Positions 29,433-39,933 of a DNA stretch of 64,000 nt are shown piece after piece. The DNA lies in contig NZ_JAEINN010000011.1 of the NCBI RefSeq assembly GCF_016342405.1, positions 77,954-141,953 of the forward strand, given 5' to 3'. The notes under the pieces are model-generated. The model ran no database searches. It saw only the letters and a program-made list of their open reading frames with translations, and was not told the origin of the DNA. The stretch comes from Maridesulfovibrio ferrireducens. Its GTDB lineage: Bacteria; Desulfobacterota; Desulfovibrionia; Desulfovibrionales; Desulfovibrionaceae. Both the position numbers and the translations under genes were made by a program. Within the stretch, counting starts at the first letter, position 1, and each line of letters starts with the position of its first letter.

Positions 29433-29924
29433 TTAGTCGACAGGGATAAAGGAACAGAAAAGGTTCATATTTTCTGCAACTTCTAGAATAGCAACACTCG
29501 GCGGCTTGTTATCGCGAGGTGAGGTAAGGCTCCCGGGGTTCAGCATTTGAATGCCATTAACAACCGACCAGTCTTGAATGTGAGTATGTCCGTAGCAGAG
29601 AAGGTCAAAATCAGGACTGAAGGAATTAGCTACATTCCTCGATACTTGAGAGCGGTTTCCCCATCCGTGAGCAATTCCGATCCTGAGTCCTTGGAAAGAA
29701 AGTGATTCTAGTGGGCGCAGTTGGTCCGAGAGCTTCCAGTCGTCACAGTTACCCAGCGCGGCATAGAAATTGGGATGCTGGCAGAAGAATTGCCAGACTG
29801 AAAAAGAAACTAAATCACCGCAATGAATGAGCAGATCTGCATCTGCCAGATGTTCATTAAAAATCTCCGTGAGTCTGGAATCAGGCTCACGGAGATGTGT
29901 ATCAGAGATAACAGCTATTTTCAC
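29433..29924 (-). CDS. metallophosphoesterase, YfcE/MJ0936 family
   Basis: MKIAVISDTH, HCGD, GNCD and GHTH motifs. 163 aa. Confidence 0.85.
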   Translation of the reverse strand: MKIAVISDTHLREPDSRLTEIFNEHLADADLLIHCGDLVSFSVWQFFCQHPNFYAALGNCDDWKLSDQLRPLESLSFQGLRIGIAHGWGNRSQVSRNVANSFSPDFDLLCYGHTHIQDWSVVNGIQMLNPGSLTSPRDNKPPSVAILEVAENMNLFCSFIPVD

Positions 29925-29930
29925 GTCTGT

Positions 29931-30863
29931 TTAGTTCGTCGGCTGAGTTTCCGCATTAGGGTCGGTCACAATGCTTGAAGTCGGAGCAGGACGTCCGCGT
30001 TTAGCGTCATTAACTTGCTTTGTTCTATACTGCAAATATGCGTTTCTTAGAGCAAGGTAAGGATCAATCGCACCCTCTTTAAGGGATTCATATTCACCAA
30101 GGTGGAATGAAAGCTTGTTGATCTGGTTGTAAGCTCCGGCTGAAACGGAATAGTACCAAGGAATACCGAACCACCAGAAAGGATTGAGCACGAATGTATC
30201 AATTCCAAGTCCGACAGCATCACGCACTGTAGATGGTCCAAGAACCGGAATAACAAAGTAAGGGCCATTCGAAATTCCCCATACTCCGAAAGTCTGTCCC
30301 ATGTCTTCATTACCTAAGTAGAGAGGCATGGTAGACTGCTGTGATCCTGCAACATTACCGAGACCACCCATACCGATTACGGTATTGGCTACGAATTTAG
30401 ATGTTTCAGCGCCGGCAGTGAAAAATTTGGCTTGAAGCAGACAGCTTGTTACGCGAACTGGGTAAAGTAGGTTCTGGAAAAAGTTGTTTATCCATGTTCT
30501 CGGGCGAAGAGGCATGACATACATGTACCCTTGCGTTACGGGTTTAGTGATTTTAAAGTACATAAAATCATTAAACGTAAACATTGCCCGGTTGTAGCCT
30601 TCCCATGGGTCAGAAGCACCTGTTTGCTGCTGTGTTTTCGCATCGCCCCAGATGTCGTCATCGAAATCGTCATCGGTTGGAGCTGATCCGTTCTCTTTCT
30701 CTACTGCGCCGATAATCCCGGAGCCGACTTGCGCGACAAGTATAGGGTCATCACTTTCTGCGGATCTTACCTGTGAGGGAAAGGTCAGCAGGATGAAGGT
30801 CAGCACTAAAAAGGCTAGAAGCGCATTTGAAGCTGAATTTTTTAAGGTCATGGGCTTTTTCAT
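29931..30863 (-). CDS. mlaA: MlaA/VacJ family lipoprotein
   Basis: DPWEGYNRAMFTFND motif and a signal sequence. Last gene of the mla cluster. Confidence 0.85.
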   Translation of the reverse strand: MKKPMTLKNSASNALLAFLVLTFILLTFPSQVRSAESDDPILVAQVGSGIIGAVEKENGSAPTDDDFDDDIWGDAKTQQQTGASDPWEGYNRAMFTFNDFMYFKITKPVTQGYMYVMPLRPRTWINNFFQNLLYPVRVTSCLLQAKFFTAGAETSKFVANTVIGMGGLGNVAGSQQSTMPLYLGNEDMGQTFGVWGISNGPYFVIPVLGPSTVRDAVGLGIDTFVLNPFWWFGIPWYYSVSAGAYNQINKLSFHLGEYESLKEGAIDPYLALRNAYLQYRTKQVNDAKRGRPAPTSSIVTDPNAETQPTN

Positions 30864-30880
30864 TATTGATTGAAGTCCGT

Positions 30881-31531
30881 TTATTTTTTTTCTTGTTGGT
30901 CTTTTAATTCATGGCACTTCTGTTCGAGGCGCGTAAACAGTTCTTTTTTGCTTGTTTCGAATTTATCATTCGAACTTGTGTCAAGTATTCCAGCAAATTG
31001 GGATCTGTAATTGTTGACTAGACTGATTCCTTCGATTTTTACATCATAAACATTCCAAGCATTATCGATTAATTTGAGACGATAAATGACAGGTATGGCT
31101 TCTTTGTTTGTAAGCAATCTAGTGTCTACTTGAGCGTATTTTGCCTTTATTATAGTCTCTTTGTCAAATGAGACTTTTTCATTGGTATAATCTTCGATTC
31201 TACCGAGATAGGTTTCTTCAAGCAATTGAGTGAAAAGAGAAATAAACCTGTCTTGTTCTTCGGAGGAAAACTTAAGCCATGGCCTGCCTATTGTCCTTTT
31301 TGACAGCTCGCGAAAATTGAAAAAGCTTTTGACTGCTTCACGTACTTTCGCATTCATTTCATCCTGCTTATCAACAACACCTTTATATTGAGGGTCATTA
31401 AGGACATTAATAACGCTTTGTACGCCGGAACGCAGCCGTTCCAGTGGTGAATTTGCGGTTGCGGCGAAACATGCGAGTGACGCAAGGCTCAAAAGCAGGA
31501 GGAAAATGGATATGGTTGTGATTCTTTTCAT
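30881..31531 (-). CDS. mlaC: phospholipid-binding protein MlaC (Ttg2D family)
   Basis: 216 aa with a signal peptide. Position between mlaD and mlaA and an FDFxxxSKRxLGxxW-like pattern (FNFRELSKRTIGRPW). Confidence 0.8.
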   Translation of the reverse strand: MKRITTISIFLLLLSLASLACFAATANSPLERLRSGVQSVINVLNDPQYKGVVDKQDEMNAKVREAVKSFFNFRELSKRTIGRPWLKFSSEEQDRFISLFTQLLEETYLGRIEDYTNEKVSFDKETIIKAKYAQVDTRLLTNKEAIPVIYRLKLIDNAWNVYDVKIEGISLVNNYRSQFAGILDTSSNDKFETSKKELFTRLEQKCHELKDQQEKK

Positions 31532-31570
31532 ATATATATTCGGGTATGAGTTCTTGTGATGTTTATTTTA

Positions 31571-32017
31571 TTAGACCTTGCCAAAAACATATTTACTTAT
31601 CAAGTCTTCAATATCGATCGCCGATTCTGTCTCGATAATCGTTCCACCAGGTTCAATGGGGTCTCCGACACCGCCGAGGGCTATTTTTACATACTTATCG
31701 CCTATCAACCCGCTGGTTTTTATAGATGCAATTGCATCGTCCGTAAGCTCGATCTTATTTTCAAGACTGAGTCCCACAATCGCTTTTTGAGTTTCAAGGT
31801 TTAAGGAAATATTGTCGACAAAGCCTACTGGAACTCCCATTATTTCAACAGGAGCATTTATCCTGAGACCGGATATATCGTTAAAACTGGCACTCACGTG
31901 ATAGTGGCTGTCTGATAAAATGCGCACGTCTCCAAGTTTAACACTCATATAGACTATCAGCAGCAGTCCAATGAGTACGAAGAGTCCAACAGTTGTTTCT
32001 TTAGAGTATTTTTTCAT
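31571..32017 (-). CDS. mlaD: MlaD, MCE-domain outer membrane lipid asymmetry protein
   Basis: MKKYSKETTVGLFVLIGLLL anchor followed by an MCE domain. The start is ambiguous (ATG at 32017 or 32029; the ORF extends to 32059). Confidence 0.8.
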   Translation of the reverse strand: MKKYSKETTVGLFVLIGLLLIVYMSVKLGDVRILSDSHYHVSASFNDISGLRINAPVEIMGVPVGFVDNISLNLETQKAIVGLSLENKIELTDDAIASIKTSGLIGDKYVKIALGGVGDPIEPGGTIIETESAIDIEDLISKYVFGKV

Positions 32018-32036
32018 GACTGAATCCATATTATTA

Positions 32037-32876
32037 TCAATTATTATCCTGATCACCAAGATATCTGGTGCAGTCCATTTTCATCACTGAAGGGTCGAGA
32101 GGGGGCATTGTTAGTCTTGGTGCTTCCCTTTTTTGCCCTTGTCTATCAAGGAACTGTCGTAAATAGGGGTTTTCCGTTGCTAAAAGAGATTCCTTGCTTC
32201 CTTCGAAAAGAGCCTTGCCTTCACCGAGAACAAGAATGTGGTCTGCAATTGTTTTCATGCTTGCAAGGTCGTGACTGACAACAACGATTGTCATATCAAA
32301 GCTTTCTTTAAGCTCCAGAAGCAGTTCATCCAGTTCCGCAGAATTTATAGGATCAAGGCCTGATGTAGGCTCATCACAGAAAAGAATGTCAGGGTCCATA
32401 ACCATGGCCCTTGCAAGTCCTGCTCTTTTTCTCATTCCACCTGAAAGTTCATTTGGAAAATAGTCAATGAAAGGTTCAAGTCCGACAAGATTAAGTTTCG
32501 CTTTAACAACTTTAGAAATTTCAGAGGACTTAAGTCGCGTATGTTCTCTGAGCGGAAGAGCCACGTTATCAAATAAATTTAAAGAACCAAGAAGAGCACC
32601 ATCTTGAAAAAGTACGCCTATGCGTTGTTTTAGACACCTGAAAGCCTTTCTTTTTAATGTTAAAATATTGTGTTTGCCAAGAAAAACTGCTCCTCCGAGA
32701 GGTGTGTTCAGTCTAAGTATATTTTTTAGCAACGTTGATTTTCCGCATCCTGATCCACCGAGGATTACGGTAACACCGCCACCGGGCAAAGTTGCATTAA
32801 TGTTATTAACCACAGGCGTTCCATCATATCCGATGGTCAGGTTTTCAATGCGTATATCAGGTGCTGAGTTTTTCAT
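32037..32876 (-). CDS. mlaF: ABC transporter ATP-binding protein MlaF
   Basis: Walker A GGSGCGKST and signature LSGGMRKRAGLA. Confidence 0.9.
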   Translation of the reverse strand: MKNSAPDIRIENLTIGYDGTPVVNNINATLPGGGVTVILGGSGCGKSTLLKNILRLNTPLGGAVFLGKHNILTLKRKAFRCLKQRIGVLFQDGALLGSLNLFDNVALPLREHTRLKSSEISKVVKAKLNLVGLEPFIDYFPNELSGGMRKRAGLARAMVMDPDILFCDEPTSGLDPINSAELDELLLELKESFDMTIVVVSHDLASMKTIADHILVLGEGKALFEGSKESLLATENPYLRQFLDRQGQKREAPRLTMPPLDPSVMKMDCTRYLGDQDNN

Positions 32877-32885
32877 GAAGAGTAA

Positions 32886-33698
32886 TTAAAAAAGTAAGGA
32901 GGTCAAAATGTAGTCAGACACAAGCACCATTACGCAGGACATTACAACCGCTGTGGTTGTTGCCTGGCTGACTCCTTCGGGTCCTTTTCCATCTTTCCGG
33001 AAATGGGTGAAGTATCCTTGAAAGCAGCAGACAGTACAGACGAGAACAGCAAAAACAAGAGATTTAGCAAATCCGGCAGAAATATCTTCCCAGCTAAGCG
33101 AGGTGTAAACTCTATGAAAATAAACGCCTGAGTTGCCGCCAAGCAGGGCAACTCCGGTTATATAACCGCCTACAATCCCGATGAGATCAAAAAGAGCAGT
33201 TAAAATCGGGAAAGAAATAAGTGAAGCGATCAGTTTCGGACTTACCAGATAGTTGATGGGGTTGATGTCCATCAGTTCAAGCGCATCAATCTGTTCGGAT
33301 ATGCGCATCACCCCGATTTCAGCTGTCATTGATGAGCCGGCGCGTCCTGTGAGCATTATTGCCGTCAGGACTGGTCCTAACTCGCGGACTAGAGAAAGAG
33401 CTACCGCAGCTCCCAGAAAGCCTTCAGACCCGAACTTAGAAAGAGCATAGTATGTCTGAAGACCTATAACCATCCCCGTAAACACTCCGATTAAGGAGAT
33501 AACGGTTATAGATCTGACTCCAATAAAATAAAGCTCTTTAATAATTTTCGGGAAAATGGACAACGAACTGAAAACATGCAGAATCGCCTCGAAAAGGAAG
33601 ATGCACATTGCACCGGCTTCTCCGAGGATATTAAGGCTGATCCTTCCCACTAGTGCGAAGGGCTGTATAATCTGTTTGTCTGAGGCAAAATGCGGCAT
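32886..33698 (-). CDS. mlaE: ABC transporter permease MlaE
   Basis: 270-aa polytopic protein with the MlaE pattern LGPVLTAIMLTGRAGSSMTAEIGVMRISEQIDAL. Confidence 0.9.
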   Translation of the reverse strand: MPHFASDKQIIQPFALVGRISLNILGEAGAMCIFLFEAILHVFSSLSIFPKIIKELYFIGVRSITVISLIGVFTGMVIGLQTYYALSKFGSEGFLGAAVALSLVRELGPVLTAIMLTGRAGSSMTAEIGVMRISEQIDALELMDINPINYLVSPKLIASLISFPILTALFDLIGIVGGYITGVALLGGNSGVYFHRVYTSLSWEDISAGFAKSLVFAVLVCTVCCFQGYFTHFRKDGKGPEGVSQATTTAVVMSCVMVLVSDYILTSLLF

Positions 33699-33914
33699 TT
33701 GTGTCTATATTTTTGTTTGTTTATATATTCTTATTGAATGAAGTCGTGTTAATCATGATTTTACATCAAATCCTTTCAGAGCAAGCTCTAGTCTTAGCAT
33801 AATGATCTGGAAAATAAAAGTAGCTGTAGGCAGGAAAGCCTTAATTTTTATAAGCATAGTTTAAATATAGTTAGGAGAAAAAACAGCGCGTCAAGAAGTG
33901 GAAGGAATAATCAA

Positions 33915-34529
33915 CTATTCCTCGTCGTCCGGACCGCTTTTATTTTCCCACCAACTCGGGGGCGGTCCTAGATACCACCATTCTTTATGATCAGTCTTAG
34001 AAATGGTTTCAGCAAGTTTTTTACCTTGTTCAGTGCGCAACCGTTTAAGGGCGGAATCCATCCATGTGGCCGCGTATGGATTCCCCATATCGTGTTCTTC
34101 TTTGAGATTTAAAATAAAATCTATCTGATCAGCATCCTGAGCAAGTAGTGATTCAATTGATTCACATTTTTCAAGTTCTTCCCAGTGTGGATAAATTTTA
34201 TCCTCAAGGCCTGTTCCTTCGAGGGTATGACGCAGGGCTTTATCACGATAGCTTCTGTTGTATATCCGGTTGACGTAGTTGAAGTCTCCGGTGCGGGCTT
34301 CATGCAGATCGTGGAAAAGACACATGAAAACAGTGCGGGCCATGTCCGCCTCAGCCATATCTGCAAGGACATATCCAAGAACGGCAACTCTGTATGAATG
34401 ATCCGCAACAGATTCAGAGCCTGATCCTAGAAACTGGTAGCCTGTGCGCGGAGTTTTTCTAAGCATGCCGACTTCAAAAAGAAAGTCGGCCAGTCGTGTC
34501 ATTTTGTCGCGACTTTTAATATTTTTCAT
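33915..34529 (-). CDS. HD domain phosphohydrolase (YfbR-like)
   Basis: ADHSYRVA and FHDLHEARTGD motifs. Confidence 0.8.
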   Translation of the reverse strand: MKNIKSRDKMTRLADFLFEVGMLRKTPRTGYQFLGSGSESVADHSYRVAVLGYVLADMAEADMARTVFMCLFHDLHEARTGDFNYVNRIYNRSYRDKALRHTLEGTGLEDKIYPHWEELEKCESIESLLAQDADQIDFILNLKEEHDMGNPYAATWMDSALKRLRTEQGKKLAETISKTDHKEWWYLGPPPSWWENKSGPDDEE

Positions 34530-34544
34530 AATAGTAATTCTCAG

Positions 34545-34579
34545 TAAAAACGTCAGCCTGTGTTTGACAGGCTGACGTA
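34545..34579 (-). terminator. rho-independent terminator after argJ
   Basis: ACGTCAGCCTGT / ACAGGCTGACGT stem with a T-run on the minus strand. Confidence 0.55.
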
Positions 34580-34594
34580 AAATTAAAAAATAGA

Positions 34595-35779
34595 TTAGGA
34601 ACGATAGTCGGCATTAATGCTGATATATTCGTTGGTGAGATCGGACGCCATAAGCCGGGCTGTTCCGTCTCCGTCACCTAAATCTATGATGATTTCTATG
34701 TCCTGTTTGCGCATGATCGGGTCAAGCAGGGCGTCCAAGTCGCCTTCGACCGGTTTGCCTTCCTTGAAAACGGTGATCTTACCGAAACGAAGAGTTAACA
34801 TGTTTGGATTAAATTCTGCTCCGCTTCGTCCGGCCGCTGCGACGATGCGGCCCCAGTTAGGATCTTCACCGAACAGAGCTGTCTTTACCAATGGAGAGTT
34901 GCCTATTGCGCGCGCAATAAGTTTTGCATCGTCATCACTGCGGGCGCCGGAAACTTTTATAGACATGACTTTTGTTCCGCCTTCAGCGTCCTGAACAATC
35001 ATGTAAGATAACGACTGACATACATCGAGCAGTGCTGCTTCAAGCGCATCCTGTGTTTCAGGTGAATCAGCTTTATAGTTTGAAGCTCCGTTTGCAAAAG
35101 CCATAACTGAATCGTTGGTACTTGTGTCACCGTCAACGGTGATGCAATTGAAAGATTTATCAATGCAGCGTTTGAGGGCTTCCTGCCACCAGACAGGATC
35201 TACTTCGGCATCGCAGATAATAAATCCGAGCATGGTTGCCATGTCCGGGCAGATCATGCCGGCGCCTTTACACATGCCCAGTATTTGAGCCGAACCATTT
35301 TCAGATTCTACTGAACCCCATGCAAGTTTGGGGAATTTGTCAGTTGTCATGATGGCTTTAGCGGCCTGCACAGGATTGGATTCACCCAGAGTTTCAACAA
35401 GACGAGGCGCGGCGAGTTCCCATTTATCCATATCAAAACGCGGTCCGATAACACCAGTTGATGCAGGGAGCAGGTCGGAGGATTTGAGGTTCAGACCTTT
35501 GGCAACAAGTTCAAGTGTCTTTTTGCAATCGGTAATTCCTTCCGCTCCGGTGCAGGCATTAGCCTGTCCCGCATTGATTAATGCTCCACGAACATAAGGT
35601 GAATTACTAAGCGTCTCTTTACAAACCGTTACGGGAGCAGCCTGAAATTTGTTTTTTGTAAATACACCTGCTCCGGCGGCGGGAGTTTCGCTGAGGATCA
35701 GGGTTAAATCATTTCTATTAATATACTTGAAACCTGCGTTAATGCAGGAAAATTTGAATCCTTTAGGAATGGACAGCAT
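34595..35779 (-). CDS. argJ: bifunctional glutamate N-acetyltransferase / amino-acid acetyltransferase ArgJ
   Basis: 394 aa with KGAGMICPDMATMLGFI, which contains the autoprocessing ATML site. Confidence 0.9.
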   Translation of the reverse strand: MLSIPKGFKFSCINAGFKYINRNDLTLILSETPAAGAGVFTKNKFQAAPVTVCKETLSNSPYVRGALINAGQANACTGAEGITDCKKTLELVAKGLNLKSSDLLPASTGVIGPRFDMDKWELAAPRLVETLGESNPVQAAKAIMTTDKFPKLAWGSVESENGSAQILGMCKGAGMICPDMATMLGFIICDAEVDPVWWQEALKRCIDKSFNCITVDGDTSTNDSVMAFANGASNYKADSPETQDALEAALLDVCQSLSYMIVQDAEGGTKVMSIKVSGARSDDDAKLIARAIGNSPLVKTALFGEDPNWGRIVAAAGRSGAEFNPNMLTLRFGKITVFKEGKPVEGDLDALLDPIMRKQDIEIIIDLGDGDGTARLMASDLTNEYISINADYRS

Positions 35780-35880
35780 ATGTGCATCTCCAGTTTGTTT
35801 TGTTCGCTTGCTTGAAAAAGTATAAGTTTGAAGGTCTTAGTTACGCTTTTGGCGACTCATCTGCAAGAGTGTTGCTGCTC

Positions 35881-35917
35881 AAAAAAAAGAGTCTGTTCCC
35901 GTAAGAACAGACTCTTT
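35881..35917 (-). terminator. rho-independent terminator after ppiD
   Basis: AGAGTCTGTTC / GAACAGACTCT stem with an 8-nt T-run on the minus strand. Confidence 0.8.
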
Positions 35918-35937
35918 AACTAATCGTTAACTAGAGA

Positions 35938-37842
35938 TTAATTATTAAGAATGTCCGGGCGGACAACTTCGACTTTTGCTTTGGATCGCAATTCTGTCAT
36001 AAATGAATTAATCATTTCATTAGCCTGCTGGCGTTCGAGGCTTGTGAGGATAGCTTGCTTCTGGCTTTCCCATGTTTCTTCACTTGGAGGAATGGTTTCA
36101 TCAAGTCTTGCGACAATATAGCCTCCGGGAAGTTCAAAAGCTTGCTTCAGCCAAGTGTTTTTGGTTGACGCAAAGGCAGCTTCAGTCAGCTTAGGATTCA
36201 TACCAAGACCGGGAATAAAACCGTCTCTACCGAAAGGCTCAGAGGTTTTGAGGTCTTTTTTGATTGATTTAAGTTCCTGCTCAGCTGTTTCCGGAGTGGA
36301 AAGCTTGCCCATGATAACAGTTGCTTTAATTTTTGCCATCTCCATTGCCTGCTGTTGAGCAAGAAAGTCATTGATGTCTTTCTTAACTTCTTCAAGCGGG
36401 TTGAGAGATGCCGGAATTTCTTCAACTTTCTGAGCTATGAGATATCCATTATCTACTGCAACAGGCATTTCAGTTGAACTTCCTTTAGGAAGACCTATAA
36501 TTGTTTTTGCTGCGTCTTCAGTCATGCCGAACGCACGGGTGAGGTTCTCAAGGGTTGCTTTTTCACTTTTCTGAATTGCAACTCCAAGTTCTTCGCCGAC
36601 GGCGTCAAGTTTCATGCCTGAAGCGAGGAGGTCGATTGCATGGTCAAGCTTTGAGCTGATTGAATCAGCAGCTTTTTCTTGAGCAATTGTGTTTCTAATT
36701 TCAGTTTCAACCTGATCGAAAGCTTTCTGTCCAGATTCGCGGGTGTCGTCGACTTTTATTATGTGGAAGCCGAAGCGTGTGCGGACAGGTTCACTGATTT
36801 GACCTTTTTTAAGTTTGAAAGCTGCATCTTCGAAAGGTTTAACCATTGCACCGCGGCTGAACCATCCGAGTTCTCCGCCTTTTGTTTTGCTTGGGCCTTC
36901 GGAATATTTTTCTGCAAGCTTGGCAAAGTCTCCGCCAGCTTTTATTTTTGCTAGAATTTTCTGAATTTTATTTTCTGCTTTTTTAATGTCGGCAGAACTG
37001 GCATTTTCATCGACAAGCAGAAGAATGTGACGGGCTTTAATCTGTTCATCCTGCTCAAAATGATCTTTGTTTGCTGCATAGTAACTGCTCAGCTCTTCAG
37101 GGCTTACATCTTCATAGACAGACAATTCTTCAGGAGTGAAGGAAATATATTCAATTTTACTGCGAGTTGGGACAGTAAAGCTGTTGGGGTTAGCCTTGTA
37201 GTATGCTTCAATTGCAGAGTCTTCGATTTTTGCTTTGTCAAGAAAGTCAGCACCGGAAACATAATAGTAATCGATCTGAGATCTTTCGCCTGCCCAGTTG
37301 AAGAGCGCGCGAGCTTGAGCTTCGGTAGGGACAGCTGGAATTGCTACATATTCCTGAATCTTCTGAATAAGATTGCTGTTACGCATATCGTTTTCAAAAG
37401 TTGAGGCAGACATTTGTCTACCCTGTAGGTAGTTTTGGTAACGTGATTTATCAAACTTACCATCGGCAGTTGTAAAAGCGGGTATTTTGCTGATCTCGTA
37501 ATAGAGTTCGCTGTTTGAAATGGAAATTCCAAGACGTCTAGCTTCAGCTTCAAGAATTTTTGAATTAATAATTTGATTCAGGATCGCTTTTTTAAATTCA
37601 GGAGACTGGAGCTGATCAGGATCAATATTAGGGTCTTGTTCTCTGAGAATCTCAGCAGTCTGGCGATAGATTTCAACGAATTCCTGCGTGGGGATCGGTT
37701 CGTCATTTACGTAAGCGATGACAGGATCAGTGTTGCCGTCAAAACCGCTCATGCCGAAGGCAAAAATGAAAACCAGAATGATGATACCGAATAAAACTTT
37801 AATGCCCCAGCCTTGGGCATTTTGGCGCATAATGTCCAGCAT
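35938..37842 (-). CDS. ppiD: periplasmic chaperone / peptidylprolyl isomerase PpiD-like
   Basis: 634 aa with an N-terminal anchor, a SurA_N-like region and a parvulin domain (KARHILL, GGELGWFSRGAMVKPFEDAAF). Confidence 0.8.
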   Translation of the reverse strand: MLDIMRQNAQGWGIKVLFGIIILVFIFAFGMSGFDGNTDPVIAYVNDEPIPTQEFVEIYRQTAEILREQDPNIDPDQLQSPEFKKAILNQIINSKILEAEARRLGISISNSELYYEISKIPAFTTADGKFDKSRYQNYLQGRQMSASTFENDMRNSNLIQKIQEYVAIPAVPTEAQARALFNWAGERSQIDYYYVSGADFLDKAKIEDSAIEAYYKANPNSFTVPTRSKIEYISFTPEELSVYEDVSPEELSSYYAANKDHFEQDEQIKARHILLLVDENASSADIKKAENKIQKILAKIKAGGDFAKLAEKYSEGPSKTKGGELGWFSRGAMVKPFEDAAFKLKKGQISEPVRTRFGFHIIKVDDTRESGQKAFDQVETEIRNTIAQEKAADSISSKLDHAIDLLASGMKLDAVGEELGVAIQKSEKATLENLTRAFGMTEDAAKTIIGLPKGSSTEMPVAVDNGYLIAQKVEEIPASLNPLEEVKKDINDFLAQQQAMEMAKIKATVIMGKLSTPETAEQELKSIKKDLKTSEPFGRDGFIPGLGMNPKLTEAAFASTKNTWLKQAFELPGGYIVARLDETIPPSEETWESQKQAILTSLERQQANEMINSFMTELRSKAKVEVVRPDILNN

Positions 37843-37900
37843 GACGTCTCCGTACTCCAGTTAGCAGTTCGTACTGCTTTAAATGTTGGTATACATGTAA

Positions 37901-37935
37901 GACACAGCAATCAAATAGTCTTTGATCGCTGTGTC
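37901..37935 (-). other. stem-loop downstream of the aconitase gene (possible weak terminator)
   Basis: GACACAGC-a-ATCAAA / TTTGAT-c-GCTGTGTC. No clear T-run. Confidence 0.3.
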
Positions 37936-37946
37936 ATTCTCATTTA

Positions 37947-39863
37947 TTATTTTTTGCCTACGTAATTAAGCAGGCCGCCGGCTAAGATTATAGCCAGTTC
38001 TTTTTCCGAAAGATCGTTCTCGACTTTGATCTTGATACCGTCTGCAGTGGTCATTTCGGTCACTCCGCCCGGGGTCAAGGATGTAGTTTCGAGGGATAGA
38101 CCGCTTCCTTCGGATAGTTTGTCGTAATCGCTCTTGTTAGATAGTACAAGGGGTAGAATGCCGAAATTGATAAGATTTGCTCTATGGATGCGTGCAAGGG
38201 ACTTAACAATGACAGCCACAACACCAAGGTGACGTGGCCCCAGAGCAGCGTGTTCGCGGCTTGAGCCTTGTCCGTAGTTTTCTCCGCCGAGGATTATTCC
38301 GTTGTCAGAATTTTTCATCCTGCTGACGAAGTTTTCGTCAACGCGGCTGAAAATGTATTCGCTGATGGCAGGAATGTTTGAACGCAGAGCTGTGATCTGT
38401 GCTCCGGCAGGGAGAATATGGTCAGTTGTGATGTCGTCACCGACTTTTAGACGTACTTCAGAAGTGATTATTTCAGGTAACGCTGAAAATGATTCAAGAG
38501 GTATAATATTAGGACCGCGAATGATCTCTACATTCTCATCGTTTTCAGGAGGGAAGATGAAAAGGTGGCGAATAGAAGGAATCTCAGCAGGAAATTCGAT
38601 CTTTTCCGGTGGAGTTCCCCATGTTGCAGGGTCTGTGAATTCGCCTGCAAGAGCCAGTTTGGCTGCGGTCTGAGGAGACGCAAGGTAAACCTTGGCATCC
38701 TGAGTTCCGCTGCGACCTTCAAAGTTGCGGTTGAAAGTCCTTACGCTGACTCCGGCGGAGACAGGAGACCCGCCCATGCCTATACAGGGACCGCAAGTAC
38801 ATTCAAGAAGTCTTGCTCCTGAATCAAGTAAAGGCCCGATAAGTCCTTCGGACGCGAGCATTTTTAACACTTGCTTCGAGCCGGGGGAGATCATCAGATC
38901 AACACCCTGAGGAAGCTGGTTGTCTTTTAGAATCAGTACTGTTGTCTTGAGGTCTGAATATGAAGAGTTGGTACAGGAACCGATTGCAGACTGGCTGACT
39001 TTAAGACCGGCAAGAGATTTAACACTTACTACGCGGTCTGGCATATGAGGCTGCGCTACTAACGGTTCAAGTTCGGAAAGGTTGATTACAACGGTATCAG
39101 AATATGTTGCATCTTCATCCGCGATAAGCTCGCTGAAATCTTCTTCGCGGCCCATGGCTTTGAGGAATTCTTTTGTCTGTTTATCACTTGGGAAAAGGGA
39201 AGTTGTTGCTCCGAGTTCTGCGCCCATGTTAGTTATAACCGCGCGTTCAGGAACTGTCAGAGTTTCAACACCTTTGCCACCGAATTCAAAGACTTTTCCT
39301 ACGCCTCCTTTGACTGTGAGCAGTCCAAGGAGGTGGAGGATGATATCTTTAGCGGTGGCCCAGCCGGTCAGCTTTCCGGTCAGTTCGACCTTAACAACTT
39401 TAGGCATGGGGATAGAGTAAGGCTGGCCTGCCATAGCAAGAGCTACGGATAACCCGCCTGCGCCCATAGCCAGAGAACCGAGTCCGCCGGCAGTGGGGGT
39501 GTGGCTGTCAGAACCGATCAGAGTTGCACCCGGTTTAGCAAAATTCTCGAGGTGCAGCTGGTGGCAGATGCCTGTTCCTGCTGGCGAGAAAACTACTCCG
39601 TATTTGGCAGCTACTGTTCTGAGATACTGATGGTCATCAGGGTTGCGGAACCCCATCTGTAAGGTGTTGTGGTCAACATAACTCACAGAAAGTTCAGTCT
39701 GTACTTTGGCAATACCCATGGCTTCAAATTGTAGATACGCCATGGTTCCGGTGGCATCCTGAGTCAATGTCTGGTCGATTTTAAGGCCTATTTCAGAGCC
39801 TGATTCCATTTTCCCATTTATAAGATGGCTGGAAATAATTTTTTCAGTAATATTAAAACCCAT
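37947..39863 (-). CDS. aconitase-family hydratase (about 640-aa form)
   Basis: DQTLTQDATG, GSCTNSSYSD and CGPCIGMG cluster ligand motifs, with a swivel domain at the C-terminus. Confidence 0.85.
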   Translation of the reverse strand: MGFNITEKIISSHLINGKMESGSEIGLKIDQTLTQDATGTMAYLQFEAMGIAKVQTELSVSYVDHNTLQMGFRNPDDHQYLRTVAAKYGVVFSPAGTGICHQLHLENFAKPGATLIGSDSHTPTAGGLGSLAMGAGGLSVALAMAGQPYSIPMPKVVKVELTGKLTGWATAKDIILHLLGLLTVKGGVGKVFEFGGKGVETLTVPERAVITNMGAELGATTSLFPSDKQTKEFLKAMGREEDFSELIADEDATYSDTVVINLSELEPLVAQPHMPDRVVSVKSLAGLKVSQSAIGSCTNSSYSDLKTTVLILKDNQLPQGVDLMISPGSKQVLKMLASEGLIGPLLDSGARLLECTCGPCIGMGGSPVSAGVSVRTFNRNFEGRSGTQDAKVYLASPQTAAKLALAGEFTDPATWGTPPEKIEFPAEIPSIRHLFIFPPENDENVEIIRGPNIIPLESFSALPEIITSEVRLKVGDDITTDHILPAGAQITALRSNIPAISEYIFSRVDENFVSRMKNSDNGIILGGENYGQGSSREHAALGPRHLGVVAVIVKSLARIHRANLINFGILPLVLSNKSDYDKLSEGSGLSLETTSLTPGGVTEMTTADGIKIKVENDLSEKELAIILAGGLLNYVGKK

Positions 39864-39933
39864 GATGCCTCCAAAGTTGCTTATGCGCTATTCTAATTTA
39901 AGAATAAACAGACCTGTTCAATATGATTTAGGA